Shown in pieces: positions 34,701 to 45,726 of a stretch of 64,000 bases of DNA. Source of the stretch: Klebsormidium nitens (taxonomy: Eukaryota > Plantae > Klebsormidiophyceae); assembly GCA_000708835.1 (NCBI GenBank), contig DF236968.1:62001-126000 (forward strand), written 5' to 3'. Every line of letters starts with the position of its first letter. Within the stretch, counting starts at the first letter, position 1. A program made the translations under genes and the position numbers. The notes beneath the pieces were generated by a model that worked only from the letters and a program-made list of their open reading frames with translations, ran no database searches and was not told the DNA's origin.

Positions 34701-37700
34701 AAAGTCGCATGTTTGTGCCACGGCACCTCCGACGTTTTACCCCCTCCAACCGCGTCATTTTGTGATGTCGAAGGCGTCTGATAATGCTGTACACTACGCC
34801 CTTATGCATGCTTAGGTTTGCTAAGCTGAGTTGGAGGCGGCTACCGCTAAGACTTGTGCCAAGGCAACCCGGGCACGAGCTCAAGTTGCAACCGCTGGAC
34901 TTGGCTCGGGCGTCTGCCAGAAGAGCCTATGCGGTTTGGTCTCCTGGGTGGGTGCTGCTGGTGGCTCCTATTGACACGTTCCGGCTCCGCTGTTGACCCG
35001 TCCTAACCCTCCTAATTCGTTTGCCCCGCCCTTGACCCACACTAATCCCCCCTAACCCTGCCTAACCCTCCCTAACCCCTCCCTAACCCGTTGGCCCCGC
35101 CCCTTGACCCACCCTAATCCGCCCTAACCCGTTCGCCCCGCCCCTTGACCCACTCTAAACCGCCTTAAGCGGCCCTAACCCGTTGGCCCCGCCCCTTGAC
35201 CCACCCTAATCCGCCTTAACCCGCCTCAACCCGTCGGCCACGCCCGTGACCGGTTCCGGCCCCGCCCTAACCCGCTGTTGCCCAACGCGCAGGAGCTCCT
35301 GACGCGCCACCCTGACGTCACCACGCCCTTCCTGGTCGCACACTACACACAGGTAGGTGAGGCCCCCACAACCGCAACCAGTCCCCCTTTCCATCAATTC
35401 GCAGACAGTTAAGCCAGACCTCGATTGTTGCCGGCTCGTCTTACCTACGTCCTTGTCTTCCCCACTTGTAGGCTTGCCTGTACTGGTTCGCGAATAGGAA
35501 CATCTGGTACTTTGCGGACTCTCAAAAATGTTTCAGGATGTGGTGGGCAGGTAAGCAGGCTGCGCCGAGGCGGTCTTCTGGATTCCAACTGGCACTCTTA
35601 GATCGATTGCAATCACGTCTTTAGTCGCACTTATTCGATTCCAAGTGCTACAGATCATCTTCATGCAGATCTACGATCCAACAAGCTGACTCCAAAGTCG
35701 CCACACGTCGCATGCGTTTGTATATCGCCTTGGTCGCCTCTCTAAGTTGCGCTGCCCCTCCTTCACCTTCTCGTTCCCTGCTACGTGCAGTTTTTTGAGC
35801 AGTACCGCGGCTTGCTGACGTCAGACAACTACGTCACCAAGCGCCAATCGCTCAAGGTGCGCCCACCAGACACTTGCACGGCGCCAGACCCTTATCCAGA
35901 CGGCCGGTCTCTTCTAAGCAAAGCATGCACAGCCGTCCGGCAATTTATGCTTGGATCTTAATTCCTGCTACCGTCGTGCCGTATGAGTTCTCGTCCTCTC
36001 GTGAATCTCACTCGCTGGCGTGGCAGTCGGAAAGGTTTGCATCGAAATCAGAAAAGGTATGAACAGCTAAGAAAGGAAGAAGGTTGTACTGGGACGCGTA
36101 GGGTTGCTAAGAGGGGTCAGGGGTGCGGAGCAGGTAAATGCTCTGACTCGGGCTCCGAGTGCTAGTCGGGGCTTGTTATCTGCTCGGCTCTTGACGATAA
36201 TTGCTGTTTAGGCCGCAGCTGCTCTCTGTTGCTTCTGCTGACGTCGGCCCCTTAAGCTGCTGTGCCTTGAAACCTAAAGCGCTAAAATTTCATAACCCTG
36301 AACCCTAAACCTTTATACCCTGTACCCTTGAACCGCAGTTCCTGGGCGAGTTGCTGCTGGCGCGCGCGCACGTGGCGGTGCTGGTGCGCTACATTGCGGA
36401 CGTGCACAATCTGCGGCTCCTCATGCTGCTCCTTAAGGTCAGCCCCCGCTGCCAACGGGCCGTCGTTTACCACATCCGAAAGAGCGAACCAAAATTCAGA
36501 GACTGTTCCACTCACAAAATCAGTCAGTCAAACCTGCCGGTGTGATAATTGCCTTTATCTTGACGTTGACCGCATCCGGCCCGCTTTGTGATTGCAGTAA
36601 CGCCGCAGGCGCAGTCACTCGCTCTTCGAATCTTATCAATGATAAATCCAATATGCAATTGCTGCAAGTCGTCACCGCACGCTGTTCGCTTTCACTAGAC
36701 TGATACGTTACTGCGTTCAAATCCAAGTTGCCTGCATCTCATTTCCAAAATTCGCCAGTTGCGAGGGCAGTGCGTCAGCGCCCGAGGCTATAGGGCCACC
36801 TCTGCTTTGCAAGTACAGCCGCATTCGCATCGCTCATGAGATCGCCCGTGTTGCTGCAGGATCCGAGTAAAAGCATCCAGTTTGAAGCGTTCCACGTCTT
36901 CAAGGTCGGACCTCCCCGCCCCTGCGGGCCCCTGCTCTTGAGACTCTGAAGCAACATGCTTTCTGTATCGTCATCCCCCCTCAGCTCATTGCGCTCCCCA
37001 TAGGGTTTGCCCCTCTGTATCCTTTCTTTAGCCCCAAACCCGAAGCCCTGAAATACCAAAACCCTGGATTTCTAAGACCCTAAAGGCGGCTGCGCCAGTT
37101 TCGTGCCTCCTTGTGGCCTTTGGCATGTTATCGCCTTCTTTTGTGATTCTACTGTTGACCGTTGTGCTATAGGCACGACGGTCAGCGTTGCAGTCGGGTG
37201 CTTTTCTGGGGCCCTCACCGTTGATCATACGAGTTATCTCCCTTAGCCCTTTGACAGTCGGCACCGTCAAAACGCATGCATTTTGTTTCGGTTCATGCCC
37301 TGAAAAGCCCGCTCTTGTGCCGGTGTAGTATCTTTACGGCTAACGCGCAATCTTCGACTAAAAGGTGATGCGCGCGCTCGTGCGCAGGTGTTTGTGGCGG
37401 CCCCGCATAAGGAGCCGCCCGTGCTGGCGCTGCTGTGTAAAAATAAGGCCCGCCTGCTGACCTACCTTCACGACTTCCAGAATGACAAAGGTAAGGCCGC
37501 TCTACATCCGGGAGCCGCATACTTCAATGGTGTGGCTTGCGAGTAGGAGTTGCGGTGCGAGGTCGCTTCTCCGGTGCCTACGAAGTTGTTTTTGAGCATT
37601 TGCGGAACGGAGCGGGAATGATGTTTGCTACAGCTCTTTGTGTCAGAAATGGCCACTGCAATCTCGAAGTTCAAGTTCTGGATCGCAATCTTAGCCGTCG

Positions 37701-37890
37701 GATGCCTTTCCAACATCAATCTAAATTGCCCAAGATCAGATAGAATGCCCGAGCCTTGGAAACCCGACGGCAGGTTCGATGCGAAGAGCTGTGGTGCTTT
37801 TGCGTGCGCGCAGAGGACGAGCAATTCGAAGAAGAGAAAGCGCTCCTCGTGAAGGAGGTTCAACAGTTGCCCGAGCCGGGCCCAAAAATA
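31772..37890 (+). CDS. MO25: MO25/CAB39 (calcium-binding protein 39-like) scaffold
   Basis: Exons 31772-31909, 32565-32708, 33377-33480, 33786-33860, 34320-34413, 35293-35352, 35791-35856, 36339-36437, 36860-36904, 37388-37490 and 37814-37890. Motifs LFKQK..RTPEDIV, DAFTTFKELLTRH, LLTSDNYVTKRQSLKFLGELLL, SKSIQFEAFHVFKVFVA, DEQFEEEKALLVKEV. Confidence 0.93.
34998..35280 (+). repeat. C-rich ~41-bp degenerate minisatellite at the 3' end of MO25 intron 5
   Basis: About five units of ccctaacccgttggccccgccccttgacccaccctaatccg end about 12 nt before the acceptor at 35292. Confidence 0.85.
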
Positions 37891-39157
37891 ACCAACGAGC
37901 GCAACGCAGCGGTCGATTGAGAGCAGGGGTAGGCAATCGCGGGGTCGAGCGAGTGCCTTGTGACCCTCGGAGGAAAGTGGTCACTGAGGGAAACATGTTG
38001 CTAAGAACGTACATTGGAACGCCTTGAAAAGGTCAAGCGTGACATTTGCCGAGATTGTGACATGTTAATTTGCACATATGATGGAGTGCACAAGACTTTA
38101 TTGAATTCTTTACACTAAGCCGTACAGTGCAATGGTTACAATTTGAACTACGGGCGAATATCCATCCAGATCGACGTAAGCGAACATTGGTTATATTGCA
38201 AGCCGCGGATAGGCAGCCATCTCTGCATAAATCATCGCGGACTCGGAAATCGTTTAGTGCAATGCCTGGCATCGCGTAATTGTTTGGTGCAAAACCGTGT
38301 AAATCTGAATCCAACCTCTCGCCAATTGCATGAAACCTGTACCGCCGGTGAGTTGAGTTGGTTGGGACCGTTCTTCTAAATTATCCTGAATTTCTTCGAT
38401 CCATATATCGTAGTCCTACTTGCCATGTACCGCACATGTATGGGCCTGCCGTGGAGGTTTGGGGCCGGGCTCAGCAACCGTACTAATTGTGCATGTAGTC
38501 CAGCAATTACAGACTCAAGCTGTGCGTGAGAATCTAGAAAGTGTTTTCGAGCCAGCACTCTCGCCGGTCACGCGTGTCAGAAGCAGGGGCTGGCCGGTCC
38601 GCGCGGGCCGAAGCTAGAATCAGCATGTTTGAAGAGAGCTTTTGGATGAATCCATGGAGAAACAGCTCCAATAAAGACTAGGAAACCATGCTGTGCCCCT
38701 AGCTATAGCTCATTTTGGGATCTTTAATTCAAATACGCGCCGCCTCGTTTTACATTAGTCGGACTTACATTGACACTGTCAAACATCGATCTGGTCAGAT
38801 TCGTTAACCGCACTGTTCGGTCGAGCAACTGCAACTTGACCGCACATTGGATTCCGACCTCACTGTTGGAAGCAGGACCAGGCCCCCCCCAAGAATGCCC
38901 AACAGGCTGCCGACATGGCAGGTTCAAACTTCCCTCCAAAATGCTCCAGAAGCCACATTTGAAACAAGTTTTGCCAAGCAGCCTTGAATGCAGCGCAAGG
39001 ACAGAAGACTAGGGAGTTCGAGATAGGTAGTAGATAGTAGTCTTTCATTCCTCCAAGCAGACTTCATTCTGGCATTCCTCAAGCTCGCAGCCCGTGAGAT
39101 TCTTGGCACTCCCAGGCGCAACAAGTCTGGTCGACTGGAAGTTGTGGGGAGGCTGCA

Positions 39158-40480
39158 ATGGGGCAGCCAAAAGATCAGCTGGTGCTTCAACTTGGCCTGA
39201 TGCTTGTGATCCTTCTGACAAGGAGCACCCAGTTTCCAGCAAAGCATCGCCATACCGTCTCCTTATTAGCCAGCAGATTCCTCTCAGCCTCTGAAAACGA
39301 GGATGAGGAAGAGTTGAGCATTGTGGCCTACACATGTTCAAGCTTGTGGCCTTATCCGGAAGGTATTCCACCACAAAGAGTGGCGACTGATCTTGGTTGG
39401 TACATCAAGCCCAGGAACGTAGACTTTTGGGAGCATTTCAAGGTGGACTCCTTGGGGGATGAGCAAAGATGGGGAGACATGGTGAGAGTGTCCAGAGGCA
39501 CCTTTGATTACATCGTCGAGATGTTGACCCCCGCTCTAGAGACAAACGTCCCTCTTCCATTTAGGAACATCCCCAATCGAGTGTTTGCTGTAGACAGGCA
39601 GGTTGCCATCGTTCTGCACCGCTTGGCCACTGGAAGCTCTGTTCCCAGCATCATGGAAATGTTTGGCGTCAGCGAGGCCTCAGTGTACCTGGCTGTTAAA
39701 AGAGTGAGCTTGGCGGTTTGGCAAATTTTGCGACCACTCCATTTGAACTGGCCCTTGACTGGGAGCGCACGGCAGGCTGAGGTCATCCAGGGGTTTAAAT
39801 CTAGGAAGGGGCTGCCCCACTGCTGTGGTGCCATTGACTGCACGCACATTCTCATTGAGCTCCCTGACAATGAAGCTTCAACCTGCTGGTTTGATCGAGA
39901 CCATAATTACAGCATGATAATGCAAGCAGTTGTAGATGCTGAAGGCAGATTCCTGGACATTTGTGTGGGGTGGCCAGGAAGCGTTAATGACGCTAGAGTT
40001 CTCACAAACTCTGAGCTGTATGACAAGGTCACGAGCGGGGAGTGGCTGAATTCTGAGCCACTGGTAGTAGCAGGGAATCATATCCCCTTGTACCTGGTTG
40101 GGGACGCAGGATATCCTCACTATCCCTGGTTGCAAGTCCCTTACCCTGGAACCAGACTTTCTGACGTTAAAGACCGGTACAACTACTTTCAGTCTTCCAC
40201 ACGTATCATTGTGGAGATAGCTTTTGGAAGATTGAAAGGCATTTGGAGAATTTTGATGAGAAAGATCTACCGGCCTAACGTAGCATTCCTTCCAATTGTC
40301 GTGGGAGCATGTGCAGTCTTGCACAATATTATGCTAGATCGAGGAGACTACGTTGACGATCATTTGATCCCTCTGCCCGAAGAGAACCCAGAAGGGGGCT
40401 GCCCACGCAACCGCCGGAGCAACATTGATGCAGGGGTAGCACGGGATGCATTGGCGGACTATTGCTTTATGCATTTGTAA
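39158..40480 (+). CDS. Harbinger (DDE_Tnp_4 / HARBI1-like) transposase, intronless, 440 aa
   Basis: Motifs VRVSRGTFDYIVEML, VDRQVAIVLHRLATG, CCGAIDCTHI, GWPGSVNDARVL, YLVGDAGYP, YNYFQSSTRIIVEIAFGRLKGIWRIL, CAVLHNI. The catalytic acidic residues appear intact. Confidence 0.93.
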   Translation: MGQPKDQLVLQLGLMLVILLTRSTQFPAKHRHTVSLLASRFLSASENEDEEELSIVAYTCSSLWPYPEGIPPQRVATDLGWYIKPRNVDFWEHFKVDSLGDEQRWGDMVRVSRGTFDYIVEMLTPALETNVPLPFRNIPNRVFAVDRQVAIVLHRLATGSSVPSIMEMFGVSEASVYLAVKRVSLAVWQILRPLHLNWPLTGSARQAEVIQGFKSRKGLPHCCGAIDCTHILIELPDNEASTCWFDRDHNYSMIMQAVVDAEGRFLDICVGWPGSVNDARVLTNSELYDKVTSGEWLNSEPLVVAGNHIPLYLVGDAGYPHYPWLQVPYPGTRLSDVKDRYNYFQSSTRIIVEIAFGRLKGIWRILMRKIYRPNVAFLPIVVGACAVLHNIMLDRGDYVDDHLIPLPEENPEGGCPRNRRSNIDAGVARDALADYCFMHL

Positions 40481-41022
40481 GGCACAAATCCCTACCAAAC
40501 CTGGTGTTTCACAACACCACCACAATTCTGGAACGTTTTCAGCTTGACTTGTGGTGGTCTGAGCTTTTTAGCACATGCACATTTTGCATTCAAGTCATAT
40601 TTGGACCTTGCATTACTGATCCAGATCACAATTGGTGAGGTGTTGCAAGTTTGCAGCTCATCTGTCATTTGAGCTTCTTGCAAGTATAGATCACATCCGG
40701 TTCGATATCTGGAGAGTTACACTAACATTTGCAAGGATTGAGCTCAGATTCAAGTTGAGCTGCTCATTCTTGTCTCTGAAGACGTCAGGAGTCTGCAAAG
40801 AACAAATGCACTGCCATTAAGTAGAGACGCTAGTGCGATTCGAATAATGCTGAAGCTCAATGTCAATGAAATATCCAGTACAATGACAGATTAGCAACAA
40901 TATTTGGTGCAAGCTCGGAGACAACCTCTTTAAAAGGAGGGTGTTGAGAAACACCTGAATGACGTGGGCTTGATTGAATACAATGTTAAGACAAAACATA
41001 AATGGTAGTTCTGTTCTTCCAA

Positions 41023-42252
41023 CTACTTCTCAGCAATCTTAGCAAAAGCCTGTGCAATTAGTGATAAGGCATCCACCTGCTTTGTGTCTAGCTCAATTTT
41101 TTTCTTATCTATCTCTAGTTGCTCCTTTCTCAATGCCATGTCCATCTGCCACTGCTCCTTGCTGATCTCTAGCGTTGCTTCATGTCGCTTCTGCCTTCCC
41201 TCCTCGCTGGCCTGCATCTGGACCTCCAGCGCCTCCCCGTTACTCTTCAAGGTATTGGCAAGCTCCTTTCTCTGCTCCCCCCACTTTCCCTTCCGCTTCA
41301 AACCTCGCTCATTCTCTTCCCCAAAAGGAGAGCCCTCGGGTCTGGCTGCTCCAAACATCCAGGCTTCATCTTTCGGAGCAGGATCCTCATCGTCTTCCCT
41401 TTTCTCCCCACGCTCACCCTCGGAACTGGACTCCAGAACCGTTGGGGGTGTCATGCTTGCCTTCCCAGCTGTTGCATCTAGCACAAGATTGTAGACTTGC
41501 TGGTCTACATTAGCTGGAAGCGCCACCTCTCGCTTCTCAGTCTGGTTCATTTGGAAGTACCCCGGCTTCCCTGACGGCCTCCGCGTCTCGTAAGACTTGA
41601 CCTTCTTCACCTCAGACAGCAGGCTGTCCCATTTATTTAGACAAGCAAGCCCCGACCTACGAACCCCTTCCGCAAAGCAGCAATCCTCAACCTCTTTCCA
41701 TTTCTCATTGCGCGAACGAGTCTTTGCCCTAGGCCCTGAGCTGGACACCATGTCAGACTTGATCTTGGCAGCAATCAGGATTCTGACCTCATGCTGAGAC
41801 CACCTGGTTGCCTGGTCATACTCCCTCCCAGAATCAGCGGCCCCCTTCTTCTTGGATCCTTTGCTTCTGCCAGTGGCGGCAGGCTGCTGAGATGCAGCAG
41901 GCTGCTGAGATTCAGTGGGGGCTTCAACAGCGATTGGATCAGCAGGATTTGCATGCCTGGCAGGAGTTGCCAACTCAACGTCTGGGAATCCTCCTTCAAG
42001 CTTCTCCTCATTGCCCGCATGACATTCTCCATGTACCTCCACGTCTGCTTAGAAAGGCTCTCCGAGATCAGCTGGCCCTTCGCCGTAGGAGTTGCCAAAG
42101 TCAGGCTGGGGACGAATGCCAATCCCATAACCTTGCTGACCTGGGGCTTCTTGGAAGCGAGCAAACTGTGCTTGCAAATTCAAATAAAGCTGGTATTGCT
42201 CAGCAAGAATTTGTGGATCGTACGAACCACCTTCGCCCCCAGGCTCGCCCAT
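41023..42252 (-). pseudogene. Harbinger Myb/SANT (trihelix) DNA-binding protein interrupted by one in-frame TAA at 42049-42051
   Basis: ATG at 42252 (MGEPGGEGG...DLGEPF*ADVEVHGECH...) continues in the same frame into the 41023-42042 ORF. That ORF has RWSQHEVRILIAAK, KWKEVEDCC..GVRRSGLACLNKWDSLLSEVKKVKSYE, YFQMNQTEKREVALP and a C-terminal coiled coil. Confidence 0.82.
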
Positions 42253-42547
42253 GCTCCGCCACTTGTCTTGCTGCACTTGTGAAAGGTGTAGTTTGAGCGA
42301 TGCTGCAAGAAAGATGGTTGTTCTATGAATGTGGCAGCTGTTTGCACTCCTGCCAGGAAGCTCTACCGTCCCAGTCTGTGCTCGCAGCCCAGTGATGCCT
42401 GCATGCAGCACAACCCTGTGTTACGAGGTTGGCGCGAAATGCCTGTGCGATGCCGCTCTGTGCACCGTTCGATGAAAGGTGCACATCCAAATGCATGCCA
42501 CGGGGCAAATTTGAGGGGCCACGTCTTCAAAGAGCAGGGCCTGTTGG

Positions 42548-42580
42548 GCCCGAACTTGCCTCGGCGAGGCAAGTTCGGGC
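42548..42580. repeat. Perfect 16-bp inverted repeat with 1-nt spacer in the right subterminal region of the Harbinger element
   Basis: gcccgaacttgcctcg-g-cgaggcaagttcgggc; the arms are exact reverse complements. Confidence 0.9.
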
Positions 42581-43180
42581 GGACAGTACACGGTCGGAAT
42601 CTGACAGCGGAACCATGTGAAATTCGGCCTCGGCAGGGGGGCAAAGCCAAGTAACCGTACTGTCGAACATCACTTCGGTCGACATTCAATGTGCGGTACG
42701 GTTGCAGTTGCTCTTTCGATGTAACAGTGTTAATGTAAGTCTCCTCTTAGTCGGATCTTTGCAGACTGTAGCTTTCGTTGGATTGTTCAGCCTATATGTG
42801 ATAAACTCATACACGCGATGTGCAGAGACAGCTAATGGATTTATCGGCCACTTTGAAGATGTGCAAAAACTATCTACCAATTTATTCACGACATAATATG
42901 AAACGAGCTGTTGTGCATATGCAAGCATTCAAACAAATCAGTTTTCAACATCATACAAATCTTCGTGTATGGTAAGAATGTGACACGTAATCATGTTCAA
43001 GAACGTTTACAATTTATCTCCGGGGTCTGACCCTTTCAGGCCAACTGACCAAAACCCACAAAAGGAAACCTCTTAAGACGTGGAATCTACATCCATCTGG
43101 TTGATCCATGAAGGACTTATGCCACCTATGATACACTCTCATTGACTTCAGTAATAAGGTAAAGCATGAAGTGTGCAAAA

Positions 43181-45726
43181 TTAGAGCACGTTCTTGTGCG
43201 CGCCAAGGCCGGTGGTTCCAGTATGGGCAGCACTGGTGTCAGTGTGCTTGTTGTGGTGGCCGGGCATGATCTTTGAAGCAGCAGCGCCAACTGCGAAACG
43301 AAAATAGAGTATTCTTAGTAGACAGAAAATGTGTTTGTGGACGGTACTACAACCGTTGTGAGCAGAGGCGGACGTACACATTGGAAAGTCGAAAAAGACA
43401 CATCCCTTTGAAAACATAATGTATGCGCAATCAAAAGATGTGAAGAATTCACTTCTCTTTTTGAAAGAAGCACACTTCAATTCTGGAGGAATCGAATTGA
43501 CAAGGACCAAGAAATGCTCCTTTATTCATCGAGGAGCAGTGAGGGTTGCAGAAGTACTTGGAGAAGTGAGGGTCGGTTAAATATTCCCTAAGAACGTACA
43601 GACCAATTCCCACCCGCAATTCCCACACGCAATATCCATGGATTCCAACCTATCCGTATCCAGCTCCTCAGCAGCTGGTCCCCATTCGCTTCACTTTACA
43701 GAAGCGAACTGGTGAGGTAAATTTGGAAGCATACGTTTTCGAACAAGAAGATAACAGGTCAGAAGAGAGATCAGAAATGCAACTCACGCATCCCAACAGC
43801 TCCAGATCCAGGAAGGTGACCCGCATGCTCTTGACCCTCATAAGCGGCTGCAATAATCAGGAGCATAGTCAGTCAGTTGTGTCTCTGAATCTGCAGAATC
43901 CACAAACCCTAGCAAGGAACGAGACAAAAGAGGGGGTCAAACCAGAAGAAACAAAGGAGGAGGTATCCAAATCCTTAACATTGGCAGCCTTCACAATGTT
44001 CTCCGATTCCTGCCCATTGCAGCCTTCACAACACTTCTCCAGTAAATATTACAGGATAGAGATTGGACCAGCTTGTTGAACAAACACTCACCAGCGCTGG
44101 AAGCAGGGTCAACCCCAAACTTGGCCTGGTGGGGGCCGACACCCTGGTGGCCAATGCCCTGGTGGCCAATGCCCTCATGACCAATGCCCTGGTGGCCAAT
44201 GCCCTCATGACCAATGCCCTGGTGGCCAATGCCCTCGTGACCAATGCCCTGGTGGCCAATGCCCTGGTGACCAATGCCCTGGTGACCTGAAAACGAAGAA
44301 ATGCTGGCAGAGCCTTAGACAGATGGAGCTTGTTTTGAAGATTGTGGTTCCTGTTTGACTTACCCAGAATATTCAGGAAGAGGTTGCAGAGGCAAAAGTG
44401 CATCTTTCTTCTTGGACTCTGAGCTTGCAAACAACTTGTGTCTTTGTCAGATGGAGAGTTTGCCATCTTTTTCGATTGTTCCCGATGAACAAGGCACTGC
44501 AAATGGTCGTTACTGTCTCCACGCATGCAGACAAGCTCATTTCTGAGTATGTTGGCAATCTTGTTATTGACATCCTGTCTTCTACATTCTCAAATCAAAA
44601 GGAAAGGCAATTCTATTGCAGATTACGGAGCGCGGGGAGCCAGCTTTACAAGCAAGGATGGAGAGCATGTGGCTGACCCTAGGACGAACATAGGTGTTTT
44701 CCCAGCTGAGAAATTTTGCATACAACAGGGATTCCTCAAAGGAAGGTCCTCAGTGGCCACCTTCAACCAGACAACTTATCCTCTCTTGTGACTTGCTCAG
44801 AAAATTAAGCTGCTGCGAACATATCCCAAACAACAGATTGTTGGCAGTCTGGATACGGTTTCTCTTCTCAGCTTTGCTCCAACTTTGGTAGAATGCAAAG
44901 CTCATCAGCTGCCTCCTCTCACCGGCCTCAGAGAAGACGGGGCGGGCTCCAGAACCTGCAGTGGTTCCCATGGTCGGGGTTCCTCCCATTTGGTTGCCCA
45001 TGAGCTGCTCCTCATTCCCCATTGTGGTGGGAGTGGTGTGAGTCACACCAGTTGTTGGCACCTCGTAGCGGCCAATCACTCCAGCCTGACGCAGGAACAG
45101 GGTAGGAACACTGTCAGCACAATATTGTTTGGCACAATCTAGTGTCAAGAGAAATTGGTTGAACAAGACGAGGCGTGTGCAATTGAACATTTTCGACTTC
45201 AGCTCAAGCCTGGTAGCCTCAAGCACTCAACGTTTCAGCGTGCAGATTTGCAACTGGGAATTGACGTACAATTACACTTGGGAGAGCCAAAGCGAAAAAG
45301 ACTTGATCAGAAGCGGCTCTACACCTTGAATATGACCACCAAGCAGTACAACTTAATTTGGTCACGTCCGGAGAGCACCTTCTGCAAAGGCACTGGCGTT
45401 TTGACAATGTTGCCAGTTCTCTTCATTCCAGTTTGAGAGCAGACTAGGCAAGCAAAACCTTGTACACTCTGGCAGATTGCACTGACAATATAACTGACTG
45501 AAGCTCGCATTCTCACCTCATTGTGGTTGTGAGTACCGCTGGTGTGGGTATAATTAGGCACGTGAGTACCGGTGTGGGTACCAGGCACGTGAGTACCAGT
45601 GTGGGTACCAGCGGTGTGTGTACCGGTGTGGGTACCAGTGGTGTGGCTGTCTCCCTTGCCCATCATCTCCTTGATGGCAGCCACAGGGTGCGTCAGCTTC
45701 TCCTTGGTGGTCATGTGGGACGCCAT
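43181..45726 (-). CDS. Hydrophilic His/Gly/Thr-rich dehydrin/LEA-like protein, 245 aa
   Basis: Exons 45726-45517, 45085-44923, 44286-44092, 43847-43788 and 43290-43181 with consistent phases. Contains GTHT(G) repeats, ten GH(Q/E)G(I/V) pentapeptides, and KEKLTHPVAAIKEMMGKG and SKIMPGHH segments. The gene model is solid; the dehydrin/LEA family label is inference. Confidence 0.75.
44136..44286 (-). repeat. Ten 15-bp coding tandem repeats (GHQGI/GHEGI)
   Basis: Plus-strand units of the form gccaatgccctggtg/accaatgccctcatg. They are read in frame on the minus strand between a TTTCAG acceptor and a GTGAGT donor. Confidence 0.92.

Larger units (their letters stand above)
38755..42755. mobile_element. 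PIF/Harbinger DNA transposon with two convergent ORFs and imperfect TIRs
   Basis: Left gacttacattgacactgtcaaacatcga (38762-38789) and gagcaactgcaacttgaccgcacattggattccgac (38823-38858) are inverted matches to right 42678-42741. TTA (and a longer TTAGTCGGA) flanks both ends. The element encodes a DDE_Tnp_4-type transposase and a Myb/trihelix protein, the canonical Harbinger pair. Confidence 0.88.

Noticed and set aside
44026-44526. ORF-track proteins with RALVT or NALVA repeats
   Set aside because: These are wrong frames of the 15-bp repeat; splice phases select the GHQGI frame.
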